Positions 1 to 10,074 of a DNA stretch of 43,640 nucleotides are shown here, one piece after another. The notes beneath the pieces are model-generated. The model was not told the DNA's origin and did not search any database. It saw nothing but the letters and a program-made list of their open reading frames with translations. The translations under genes were made by a program, and so were the position numbers. Positions within the stretch are counted from its first letter, which is position 1; the number at the start of each line of letters is the position of its first letter. Source of the stretch: Callorhinchus milii (lineage: Eukaryota); assembly GCF_018977255.1 (NCBI RefSeq), contig NW_024705447.1:1-43640 (forward strand), given 5' to 3'.

Positions 1-261
1 CAGCCGCAGGCGCGATGGTTAAAAAGCTGATTTTCTTGGCAGTGTCAAGAGATACAGAAATATGATCTCCAGTGAGGTTTCCTCCCTCTCCTGAGGGTTT
101 TCTGTGGAGCAGGTATTTCATTCCCTCGCCAGGGGTCTGACGGTACCAGGAGACGCTGAAATCCTGTCCACAGTATCCTGAATATTGGCAATGTAAATTT
201 ATCCTCTCACCAGCAAAAGCAGTTTGTTCAGGCGGTGACTGGGAAACTGTATAACTGGATC
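1..261 (-). CDS. Supporting TCR-delta V exon of a NAR-TCR cassette (3' end and RSS lie beyond the window edge)
   Basis: Acceptor ...gtcccgcAG at 263-262. In phase with the J donor it reads (R)SSYTVSQSPPEQTAFAGERINLHCQYSGYCGQDFSVSWYRQTPGEGMKYLLHRKPSGEGGNLTGDHISVSLDTAKKISFLTIA. Cys23, WYRQ and an extra CDR1 Cys (170-172) are present. No leader exon seen between it and the J (a 329-nt gap lies in that intron). Possible frameshift near position 10. Confidence 0.9.
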
Positions 262-294
262 CTGCGGGACGCAAATTACAGTTTACTTAGAGTC

Positions 295-830
295 ATGGAA
301 TCATTGAATCTTTCAGCACAAAAAGAGGCCATTCAGCCCATCGTGTCTGTGAAAAGAGCTTTGAAAAGAGCCAACCAATATAATCCCACTCTCTCGCAAT
401 GAACACATAGAACTTTATAATTCCTGTTGATGCATCCAGCCAATTCCATACTGAAATTATCTTTCGAATCTGTTTCCACCACCCGTTGAGGCAGCACATT
501 GCATTCAATAGGAATTTTCTGTGAAAATAAATCCTTCTGCTCTCCCCTCTTGTTCTTTTACCACTTATCATACATTTGGGTTCATTGGTGACAGAACCAC
601 TTGCCAGTGGAAGCATGTTATCCTTCTCTGCTCTATCAAAAACACTCACAGCTCTGAACACTTCATCTAAATCTCCGCTAAACCTTCGATGCTCTCAGGA
701 GAAGATTGCCAGATTCTTCATACAAACTAATTCCCTCTGTCTTGGTATCATTTTGCTAAATGGCCTTTGCACCCTGTCCAAGGCCTTCACGCATGTGTCC
801 GTGAAAGGTACAAAGATAAATGTAGGGATT
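295..830 (-). mobile_element. Degenerate CR1-type LINE 3' fragment in the J-to-supporting-V intron
   Basis: Minus frames give ALDRVQRPFSKMIP...FS*EHRRFSGDLDEVFR...LPLASGSVT...GKRTRGESRRIYF, resembling the CR1 ORF2 C-terminus, followed by a CR1-like tail ATGGGCTGAATGGCCTCT...GATTCAATGATTC. Confidence 0.75.
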
Positions 831-1246
831 AATGTTACATCAACAGTGGAAGGAGCAATGGGATGTATTAAAATAGGCATTTCTTGTCGCTGAGCCATGT
901 TTTATTGCAGACGCAAACCTTATTTCTATGACTGTATACCATTGATATGATCTCTCATAAATGAACCGTTTAATTAAGGTTTGTTTCTCTAATCTTATAT
1001 TTGTTTGCTGTTGCGGTTTGTCGACATTGAGGCTTTGAGTGTCTCCGATCATGGGAATGTTTAGCAGAGAATCAGGTGTCAGGTTGTACCGTTAACTTCA
1101 GCGCGTTTACAGTTGAAGCAAATGGAAAGCTTCTCTGCTGTAAATATCGTTACTTTAACATCGCTGCTGAGGAGATTTATTCTCTGGTTTGTTGCCAATA
1201 TCAGTTTCCCTCTCAGTCTGTGGGCTGCTCATTGCAGTTTCACTTG

Positions 1247-1575
1247 NNNNNNNNNNNNNNNNNNNNNNNNNNNNNNNNNNNNNNNNNNNNNNNNNNNNNN
1301 NNNNNNNNNNNNNNNNNNNNNNNNNNNNNNNNNNNNNNNNNNNNNNNNNNNNNNNNNNNNNNNNNNNNNNNNNNNNNNNNNNNNNNNNNNNNNNNNNNNN
1401 NNNNNNNNNNNNNNNNNNNNNNNNNNNNNNNNNNNNNNNNNNNNNNNNNNNNNNNNNNNNNNNNNNNNNNNNNNNNNNNNNNNNNNNNNNNNNNNNNNNN
1501 NNNNNNNNNNNNNNNNNNNNNNNNNNNNNNNNNNNNNNNNNNNNNNNNNNNNNNNNNNNNNNNNNNNNNNNNNNN
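1247..1575. other. Assembly gap (329 N)
   Basis: Run of n. ORFs spanning it are artefacts. Confidence 1.
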
Positions 1576-1660
1576 TTTCTTTAGGACTTTCTTTCTTTCG
1601 TTCTGTCCCTCTTTCTTTCTTTCTGTCCCTCTTTCTGTCTAATTCTTTTTTCATTCTTTC
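1576..1660. repeat. (TTTC/TCT)-rich simple repeat flanking the gap
   Basis: tttctttaggactttctttctttcgttctgtccctctttctttctttctgtccctctttctg. Confidence 0.8.
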
Positions 1661-2107
1661 TTCAAATGTCATGGCTTACATTTTCGCAACATGCAGTGTT
1701 TTTGCAGGCTTGCATATTGACTTGCTTGTTGGTGTAGAATAAAGCAGAGTTACCTGGGATCTCTCAGCGAATATGGAGAGAGGAAAGTGTGTTAACGTTT
1801 CAGGTGGATGAACTTGATTCAGAAATTTAGACCCCACTTTTCGGGAGAACAGAGGAGGTTATTGATGATAATACATCATTTTACCCAGCTCAAGTACAAA
1901 TTCATTACCCAATTAATATCAATTTACTCTGGTCATGTTCCTTTGGAACTACTATGCAATCCAAATCAGTGACTTTCAAAACATGGAAATAAAAGTTGGT
2001 CATTTGAGAAACAAACCTTGATGTAGTATTCGGTTAGAATAATGTTTTTTGACAAACTCACGTGAATAAACTTTTATGTTAATTCGTTAGAAATGTTTCG
2101 CACTTAC

Positions 2108-2163
2108 TTTTCGTTACAGTTACTTTGGTTCCTGATCCATCTTCTGTATATTCCTTATAATAA
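2108..2163 (-). other. NAR-TCR J segment (YYKEYTEDGSGTKVTVTK)
   Basis: D-G-S-G-T-K-V-T-V, an IgNAR-like J lacking F/W118. Phase-1 donor GTAAGT follows at 2107-2102. Confidence 0.9.
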
Positions 2164-2202
2164 CACAGTAACACAGCTCTGACTCTACAAGGTGCAAAAA
2201 CT
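2164..2202 (+). other. 23-RSS of the NAR-TCR J
   Basis: CACAGTA (2164-2170) + 23 nt + GCAAAAACT (2194-2202). Confidence 0.9.
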
Positions 2203-2516
2203 GTTCCATCGAGTCATGGTTTAATCCTGGCACCAAAACAAGCAAATGCAGACAAATTGTTAATATATTCCTATACTTATACCACAGTCCCATTTGTATA
2301 GTATTCCTTTGTCCAAATCATGCTTATTTTCAGTAAGTTTTCCACATAAACACAGTCAAAGCGCAAAGACCGAAGAACATCTTTCTGCAAATAATTCTAC
2401 AAAATATGTGGAAATAATTAATATTGAAAGCTAACTTTCGATACTTTCTGGAGCACAAAACAGGACAATGTTAGCGATGATCACGTCTCATGTATTTCCG
2501 TGAAAATTAGCAGTGC

Positions 2517-2587
2517 GGTAATTGTGCTGATGTTTTCCAATGTGGCTTCCCCAGTCAAGCACAGTGTTTAATAAGAACACAAAAACA
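2517..2587 (-). other. NAR-TCR D segment (coding 2545-2559, CTTGACTGGGGAAGC) flanked by two 12-RSS
   Basis: V-side: CACAGTG (2560-2566) + 12 + ACAAAAACA (2579-2587) on plus. J-side: CACATTG (2544-2538) + 12 + ACAATTACC (2525-2517) on minus. G-rich core. Confidence 0.93.
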
Positions 2588-2912
2588 CAGGTTTTGCAAA
2601 ACAATTCAAATGATTTCGGCTATTTATAAATGATCAATTAATCACATAACGTGTAAAATTCTTTTGAATATTTTCTCAGTAAATTTGCATGCCGTCTGTC
2701 CCTTGCAATAATTTATAAGGTATATGAATCCAAACAACGTAGTAACTTCAGATTGATACACACTCACTTTTCCTAAGTATTCCTAACTGATTGTCGCTGC
2801 TTAAAGGAAGTATTCTTAAACATAGCTGCACATCACACACGAATGAGGAACATGCACTGAACTAATCGGCAAGTTCACATTCTCTGTGTTTTTCCTGTGA
2901 GTTGGTGACGGG

Positions 2913-2950
2913 GCTTTTTGTATTGTTGGAAGCCCAGATACGGCATTGTG
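2913..2950 (-). other. RSS of the NAR-type V (22-nt spacer)
   Basis: CACAATG (2950-2944) + 22 nt + ACAAAAAGC (2921-2913). Confidence 0.88.
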
Positions 2951-3666
2951 GTATCCCAGTAATATCGAGCTCTACAGTAATAATCAGCGCTGTCTTCAAC
3001 TTGCAAGTCATTAATTTCCAGAGAAGAGGACCACGATCCCTTGTCTGTCTTCACAACAAACCGTCCTTCACGAGGGATGGGTTTCCAATCTCTTTCATTT
3101 GGAAACCGCCTATAAAACTCCATACTTTTGAATTCGCTTTGATAACTTGCTGAGAAGACACAGTTGATGGTTAAAGAGTCGCATTCTTCTCTCCAAACAG
3201 GAGACGGTGTTTGCGTTACTTTAGCGCTGAAAACATCTGAAAATTATTCACAATATTACATCAGTTTAACAGATCTTCAAATTTGACCACTTCTATTGCA
3301 AATCCATTGCAAGCATTGGCTTGTTTTCCCTTGATATCAGCAAATATAATTTAATCATGATTATGTAATATAATTATAATATAAATTAGTTCATATCATT
3401 GTAATGTATAACGAAATTAAAGCAAAATAATTGACTGCCGCGTTTCGCCCACAAAATACAAAGTTATTTCAGTACACAAACCAATGTTTGAAGCGAACTG
3501 AGATGTCCCATCCACATCTTAACGCTATACACCAATTACACGGATTATTTATATTGTGCAAATATAGTATTGATCACATTCACTGCTGCAGTGTAGTGCT
3601 GTGTTGTGGAAACAACCACTTACATTGTAAGAAGAGGAAGGAGATGGAGACACAGAGGAGAGACAT
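2951..3666 (-). CDS. NARTCRV: NAR-TCR V segment (IgNAR-like variable domain): leader exon 3666-3624, V exon 3236-2951
   Basis: Spliced translation MSLLCVSISFLFLQYVFS-AKVTQTPSPVWREECDSLTINCVFSASYQSEFKSMEFYRRFPNERDWKPIPREGRFVVKTDKGSWSSSLEINDLQVEDSADYYCRARYYWD. Matches the VNAR pattern (ARVDQTP...ESLTINCV...GRYV...SFSLRINDLTVEDS) with the C'/C'' (CDR2) deletion. GT/AG sites intact, no stop, extra FR1 Cys. Confidence 0.92.
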
Positions 3667-3782
3667 CCTCTCACCGCTGGGAGATACCGTCAGCCTCGGA
3701 CACCTCAGAGTGACTGTGAGTAACACAGGGCTGTTCTGTAAGAGTGTTGGAGAGAGACTTGGTTTATTTGTGATGAACAAAG

Positions 3783-3790
3783 TCACATCA
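3783..3790 (-). promoter_or_regulatory. CRE/TCR-V-decamer-like motif TGATGTGA upstream of the NAR V ATG
   Basis: About 120 bp 5' of the ATG. The same motif sits at a similar distance upstream of conventional V leaders in this window. Confidence 0.45.
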
Positions 3791-4400
3791 TGGCTGGTGT
3801 CAGCGGCTTTGAGGGGTGGGCGGGGGGTGGTTTGGGGTGTGGAGGGTAACAATATACATGAGGAAAGGGACTGACTCACTGTGCCCGAGAGCAGTGGGCA
3901 GAGAGGGCGATTTGGGAATAACTATTCGAGTCTCATTTAGGTTTAAATAGACAATTGACGGGGAAGCCAACGAGATGGAGTATAATCTGACACTGTGAGA
4001 GGGACAAAGGCTGTTTGGTGTAGAGAGGGCTTTACTGGGAATTGGGAAAGATACATAAAGAAACTACTCACACACCTTTGACTTGAAGTGAGTCCTGTTA
4101 CAGTGACCAGCAGCAGGATGGGGAAGCCGGTCAAGGCAGCAGAGAGTTAGTGAGATATGGGTGATGATGGATGGAAAGGTGTAGGGAGAAATTGGAGTAA
4201 AGGAGTATGGCATGCGGTGGTTTTATAATTCATGGGAATAGAATGGGTGACAAAGGTATAATGGAGGAGGAAGAGAAGGCAGCGAACATGAAGGTCACTT
4301 TTCAGCGTATCATGGGAAGAAGTTTTTCACGATTTAACGATATGGAAATGCACTGTATTATTATACAAGCAATACTATTAATTCCTGACTGTCTGTCTCT

Positions 4401-4505
4401 ATTTCCGTGTGTCTGTGTATCTGTATGTGTGAGTGTGTGTGTGTGTGTCTGTCTGTCTGTCTCTGGCTGTCCGTCTGTGTGAGTTTCTCTCTCTCTCTCC
4501 CTCTC

Positions 4506-4542
<37 letters not shown>

Positions 4543-4545
4543 AGC
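4401..4545. repeat. Compound (GT)n/(GTCT)n/(CT)n microsatellite
   Basis: Directly visible dinucleotide runs. Confidence 0.95.
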
Positions 4546-4925
4546 TGTCTTTCTTTGAATCGTTAGTAAAGCTTCCTTGCTGCACACACACGCCTCTGTT
4601 TAATGTTAGGTGCAACCCGCTTGTTTTTCGAACGTTTCACCTCTTTCCAGCGGAAAAAATTCTCTGCCATATAATAATAATAATTGAATTAGTAATCCAT
4701 CACTAAATATGGGACGCCGCCTCTTTTAGGCGAAACGTGCCAATGGTTTCGCCTAAAAAACAGTCTCGACGCTTTACAGTATATTTGTGAAGTGTTTGGT
4801 GGCGTCTCGTTGACGTGATGGGGCGCTGTATAAAATGCAAAGATTGTTAGTTTTGTTTATTCCTTTCAGAAATATCATTGGTCTTGAGCATTGTGGTGAT
4901 TTAGCGGTTTGATGAGGAGCAGCTG

Positions 4926-4979
4926 ATCACTTTTGGAATAAGAAGATAATCACTTTTGGAATAAGAAGATAATCACTTT
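4926..4979. repeat. 23-bp tandem duplication (ATCACTTTTGGAATAAGAAGATA x2 plus a partial copy)
   Basis: Units start at 4926, 4949 and 4972. Confidence 0.85.
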
Positions 4980-6355
4980 GGGGATTATTTTTTGACTTGA
5001 ACGATGGAATGGGAGAGCAAAGCAGTTTTGGGATGTGTGTGAGGGAGAGGCGGTAGGTTGATCATGTTGGAGTCCACTGTCATCTTATCAGCCTTATAAT
5101 CCTTGCATCGTATATGGATCCTTGTCACGACGCGAAGAGATTCAAACAATATACTGAAGAGTTGATAGATATTATATTTTCTTGGAAAAATAAATCATCC
5201 AATTGTGCACAGCAGTATCCCAAAAACAATCGCAGATTGAGCGATCGAATTAATATTTTACTCATTTATTTATTTTCTTGCTTAAAAAAGTCAATGCATG
5301 TGTTTTCTTTTTCAATTAAACATAGATTTAATTATCTACGAATCGAGTAACAAGTGGGCTCCTACTTATTTTTAGATAAACAAAGAGACGTGTGAAGTAA
5401 GGATAATTGCCTATCATTTTTTTTCAACCAGGAATCGAACCGAGCTCCTCTCGCTTGAGACACTATTGCTCTAACCACTAAAGTAAACGACAACACGTTA
5501 TGTGCAGTGCTCAGCACTAATAAGGTTTCCTACTGATGCGAAAACTGCTGCATAAAAATGAGATGTTTGTATTGTTATACAGCGACATCTATTGGCATTT
5601 CACGAGAATGTCAGTAGATGAAGTATCAAACCTAAAATCTTGGTTAGAATTACCAGAGTGTGCATTGTGGACTGTACACCATTAATATGAATATTCAGAT
5701 TAATACCCTCCACTTCAACAGCGCCTTCATCAAACTCTACTTAAGATATCTTTGCTCCACGAATTCCCCCACCATAACAGGACTTGTTAAATAGGTCAAC
5801 TGTCTACGAACATCTGTGCTGAGATCAAACCTTCTCTCTCCTTTTTAGTGATTTAGTTCCAGTGGTGTAGTCTGTCAATAACACGGAGAAATAATAATAA
5901 TATTCCTTGCATTTCATACAGCGACTGACCACATTTGCCAGAAGTCTCAAAGCGCTTCCAAGGATACGCTGCAAAATCGAGTGACTGTATATGTTGTGGA
6001 TGAAACGCAGCAGCCAACGGCACTCATCGAAGTACATCAAACTGTCGTGGATTGAGAGAAAAAAATATTATTTTTTAAAAGTATCAATACCCCAGAAAAA
6101 GCGATCCGCCAATCGACAACCAACCGCTTTCCTACTAACTGTGTTTTGCCAGATTGGGAATCAAAGATAAATCCAGTTGGTTGCGAGGCGAGTGCTCTAA
6201 CATCTAAGCTACAGAACTTAAATGGATTGAAATTGTCTTTGCAAGAACTTTTCGTTTATATGTAAAACAACGAAAGCAGAGTTCTTTGGGGTAACATTGT
6301 GCCTGAAGGTTAGTTGGGTTTGCGTACAGGGAAGTCATTGCCTTGCAGCACTGTG

Positions 6356-7251
6356 CATCTGATCTTAAGCCACAACAGTACGTGGCAGAGTCATTGACAA
6401 TAACACTGAGAATGATTAATGTGGTTTGTTCCTGATTCTTGTCAAGATGTGAAGTGAAACGGCCTTTGGCGTAATCTGCAGTGTTGTCTACCCCATTGGT
6501 ATGTCTGCAGAGAATGTATTGTGGAGCGACGCCTGGGTGTTGTCTGTACCAGTACAGAGCAGCATAGTTCGAGCTGGTGGTATATGAGCAGCTCAGACTC
6601 ACTGTGCCTCCCTCTTGTTTGCTCAGCCCCGCTGTTTGCTGTCTGACTGAATCTCCCAGCACCACATCTGCAACGAGAGGAAAGGACGAACTTGAAACAT
6701 GGCTCCATATTACTCCTGTAGTCCAGTGGACAGTGCACTCGCCTCGAAGGGGATGGGACTCGGGTTTTATTCCCTGGAAGGACAGGGATAAACTTTGGGA
6801 AGTTTCCTATCTTTATATACGCCTCTGTTTACCGAGCAGTAAGTAGGAACCCAGCTGCTGGTCGATTCGCTAAATAATGTGTGGTCACTCAATCCACGAC
6901 TGTCTGTGGGGAAAATGCTGTGCGAACTAAGATGCCACGTTTCGCACACGAAATACGGAATCACTATGCTGTCAAGTATATGCTTTCAAGTGGTTCGAGA
7001 TACCTCCAAAAGGGGAAAAGTCGCTATATCGAATGCAAGGACTATTAATATTATTATTATTAATATTATGCTTCCGCAACTAATAATTTGACTACTAACC
7101 CACTTTGGGAGACAAAGCCAAGAAAGCTAAATAGCGTGAGCCTTCCTCCAGATGAGACAGTCTCTATATAAATATTAATCTGTATTATATGCTACACAGC
7201 CTCACCTGACATAAAGCTCAACAGGAGAAAGTAATCCATGAACAGTCGCAT
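6356..7251 (-). CDS. TRA/TRD V segment 'V2' (family C), coding-intact; leader 7251-7206, V exon 6667-6356
   Basis: MRLFMDYFLLLSFMS-DVVLGDSVRQQ...VSLSCSYTTSSNYAALYWYRQHPGVAPQYILCRH...DSATYCCGLRSD. RSS CACAGTG (6355-6349) + 23 + ACGCAAACC (6325-6317). Confidence 0.88.
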
Positions 7252-8399
7252 TGTCGCCTTTCAGCAAGAAGCCTTTCCCACCAGATTTTGACGATGGAAA
7301 GTGTTCACCAAAGGTGACGAGTTTCAGCATCACATCCGTGATCCCACAGCAGTGTTTCCTTGACAAGTTTTCTTGACCTTGTTGTCAGGCTAATAACTAT
7401 GGGCGTTGGACTACACTCAATTGTATGTTCAGTGGCTTTATCTCCACCAAGTTGAAGACAATATTGATGTGAATAATGTTTTGGTGAGAAAGAATCAAAC
7501 TAATCCTTGCATTATTTAGAGCTTCATTGAGACAACAATTACAACAACGAATTACATTAAACATCGACTTTCACAAATCGCTTTAAAGTGAAGGATTTTA
7601 CGCTCGATCTGCAGATTAGGATGAGAGAGTGGTGGAGAGCATGGAGAGGGGAGGAGGGATAATCGCTTAAGACACGGTTTAAAACGGTGGTCTTGAAATG
7701 GATGCGAATGAACGATATATTTTATTAGATGTTGTAGATCCTCTTCCACCTTTAAAAGCGACCAAGATCTCTACCGCCCACCCTCAGCAACTGCCACAAA
7801 CACTACCCACCCGGACACTGACATCCCTCTGTCAGGATACCGCTTGTTGTTTCGAACCGTTCCGTGGGATCTTTATTATCCAACTGAACATTCAAGGTTT
7901 GAATGATCAACATTAATTTAAAGGGATTATTACATAATTAATATTATTATTGTATTATTTGATTATTATTATTATTTGTTGGAAAAGCGACCCATTGATC
8001 GATTTACTCCTCGATAAACAAAAGCCTGTGTAATGAGCGACGAAACTTGCCTATGGTTTCACGAGGCTCGGGATCGAACCCGGGTCCTCTAGTTTGGGAG
8101 TCGAGGATTATTCCCACTCCGCCACAGGGCTCCGTTCAATTAGTAAAACAAAAGAAACATGATTTGTTTTACTACATTTACAAATCAAATTGAATAAATA
8201 GTAACTGGAAGTGAAATACCTAACTCAAGCATTCGTTGTGTTCTCCGTTTATTGTTACATATAATTAAGTAAAGGTTTATCTGACAAGTTGGTGTGAGGT
8301 TATTGTGGTTTCCTCTGAGACTGGTTACAGAGAGATCGTCCCTATGTACAAAGTGAAGGCAGTTTTTGTACGAGACTCGCAGTGCAGTCTATCACTGTG

Positions 8400-9388
8400 G
8401 TGAGCTTAAAGGCGCAGTAATACACAGCGCTGTCGGACACCACCAGCGCAGCGATGGATAAACTGGCGAACGAGTTGGATGTCTGTAGCTGAGCGGAGAA
8501 ACGAATTCCAAATCCTGTTCCTTTATTTTGAATGTCATTCCCAGAATATCTCCGAATCATAAACTCCGGCGTTTTGTCTGGGTAATGTCGGTACCAATAG
8601 AGAATGTAATCACTTTCAGTCGTGGAATATGTACATTGTAAAATCGCAATGTCTCCTTCTTTCTTAACGATCGTGGCAGCTTTCTGACTGACGGAATCAC
8701 CATTACAGTGTTCTGTAATAAACATGGAAGAGCAAAAACAAATTAATCACTCGGTGCCTGAGTTATTTTTTGAGCGCATTTGAACGTCCTCCCGACGAGA
8801 AATGGGCTATACGTAAGTCCCATGTTAACAAAGGAGTTATACCATTCAAGGTATTTTATATAAAGCATTATCACATTGTTGGGAGGTCTTGATACGCTTC
8901 ACAGAATTTGCTGTCGAGTTAAGTGCTGTGTATTTTGGGGGGAGAAACCCGATAGCCAATTTCGCACAGCAGTGCCTAAAATAAAACAGTGCTGGAATGT
9001 ATTACCAAATAGTTATTTCTTAAAAAAGATTATTTTCTTTGGAACATAGATTAGACAAACCACTAAACACGTTTTTGAATTGAATTATTATTTGAAAAGT
9101 TATTACCTCCGGGTTGCAAATCAAGGGGGATTCTACTTACTGCTGTTTAAACAGAGGCATGTGTGTGCTTGAGCAGAGAGAAAACAAGCTTATATATTCA
9201 TCCTGCCCGGGAAACGAATCCCTGTCATCTCGCTTGCGAGGCGAGAACTCTAACCACTGAACTAAAGGTTTCCCTCCACCAGTTGTTGTTGAAATGCAGT
9301 TGACAGTCAGCATCGACATGAATTAGCTCAACGCTGCCTCACCTGACATGAAGGTTCCCAGCACAAGACAGACAGCAAACAGCCTCAT
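8400..9388 (-). CDS. TRA/TRD V segment 'V3' (family A), intact; leader 9388-9343, V exon 8712-8400
   Basis: MRLFAVCLVLGTFMS-EHCNGDSVSQK...LQCTYSTTESDYILYWYRHYPDKTPEF...DSAVYYCAFKLT. RSS CACAGTG (8399-8393) + 23 + ACAAAAACT (8369-8361). Confidence 0.93.
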
Positions 9389-9458
9389 TGCTGCTCTTTA
9401 GTCTGTGTGGTTGTGTCTCTGCCACCAGTTTGCTGATAACCCGCAGTGATTGTCGGCA

Positions 9459-9493
9459 TTGGCGGAGCCACAGTCTCACGTCACGTCAATGGC
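9459..9493 (-). promoter_or_regulatory. Family A V promoter module: CCAAT-like box, TGACGTGA and CCAAT (also ~14237-14253, 21163-21179, 30292-30301)
   Basis: Found ~80-110 bp upstream of the ATG in all four family A genes (reduced to AGTGATGTGA in V12). Resembles the CRE/decamer of TCR V promoters. Confidence 0.6.
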
Positions 9494-10074
9494 ATCTTAG
9501 CCGCGTTTCAACACAACAAACAATTGCTTTTATACAGTGGCTTTCACCAGGCACTGGGGGCAAGGAACCACTCAGCTCCTGGTAACTCTGCAAGCCAAAG
9601 CTTCGATGTAGGGACTAACCAAATTTTCCAGGTATCTCAAAGCGCTTCACAGCATCTGTGATCAGGTGCAGTGACTCTATATTTTGTGAGCGAGATGCGG
9701 CAGATTATTTTATTGAAGGTATTATTATCGGCGGAAAAGCAATTCCCAAATCAGGTTCCTACCTACTGATAAGTAAACATTGGCGTGTACAGTTAGGAGG
9801 CTTGCCCAACATTTCTCCCTGCCGAGAGTCGAACCCACCTCTCGATTGCGATGCATGTATTTTCACCACGGTTATGGCAAGAATATGTCATCGTGGGATC
9901 AATTAATTGTTTGTGTTACAATCAGAATTGCTGTTAATGTTATGTTCTCTTTGTGTCTTTTTCTCGTCTCCTTTCCCACAGGAAATCGCTGCTGCGGCCA
10001 AGAAAGACAGAAGCACAAACCCACTAATGGCTGTTAGTTTTTGAACGAGTCTCTGACTGGTACCCATCACTGTG

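Noticed and set aside
1076-1742. ORFs across 1.1-1.7 kb
   Set aside because: Open only because of the N gap
2203-2516. Second free D segment (CACAGTC at ~2283 and ~2350)
   Set aside because: No nonamer at either spacing and no opposing RSS
2683-2690. Octamer ATTTGCAT between D and V as a germline D promoter
   Set aside because: Single 8-mer in AT-rich DNA; the same motif also occurs by chance in a SINE tail (~16088)
3898-3997. CACTGTG heptamers at 3898 and 3991 as extra RSSs
   Set aside because: No nonamer at 12 or 23 nt spacing
3943-4134. Hydrophobic ORF (GFPILLLVTVTG) as a leader exon
   Set aside because: No ATG in context, and a proper leader for the NAR V exists at 3666-3624
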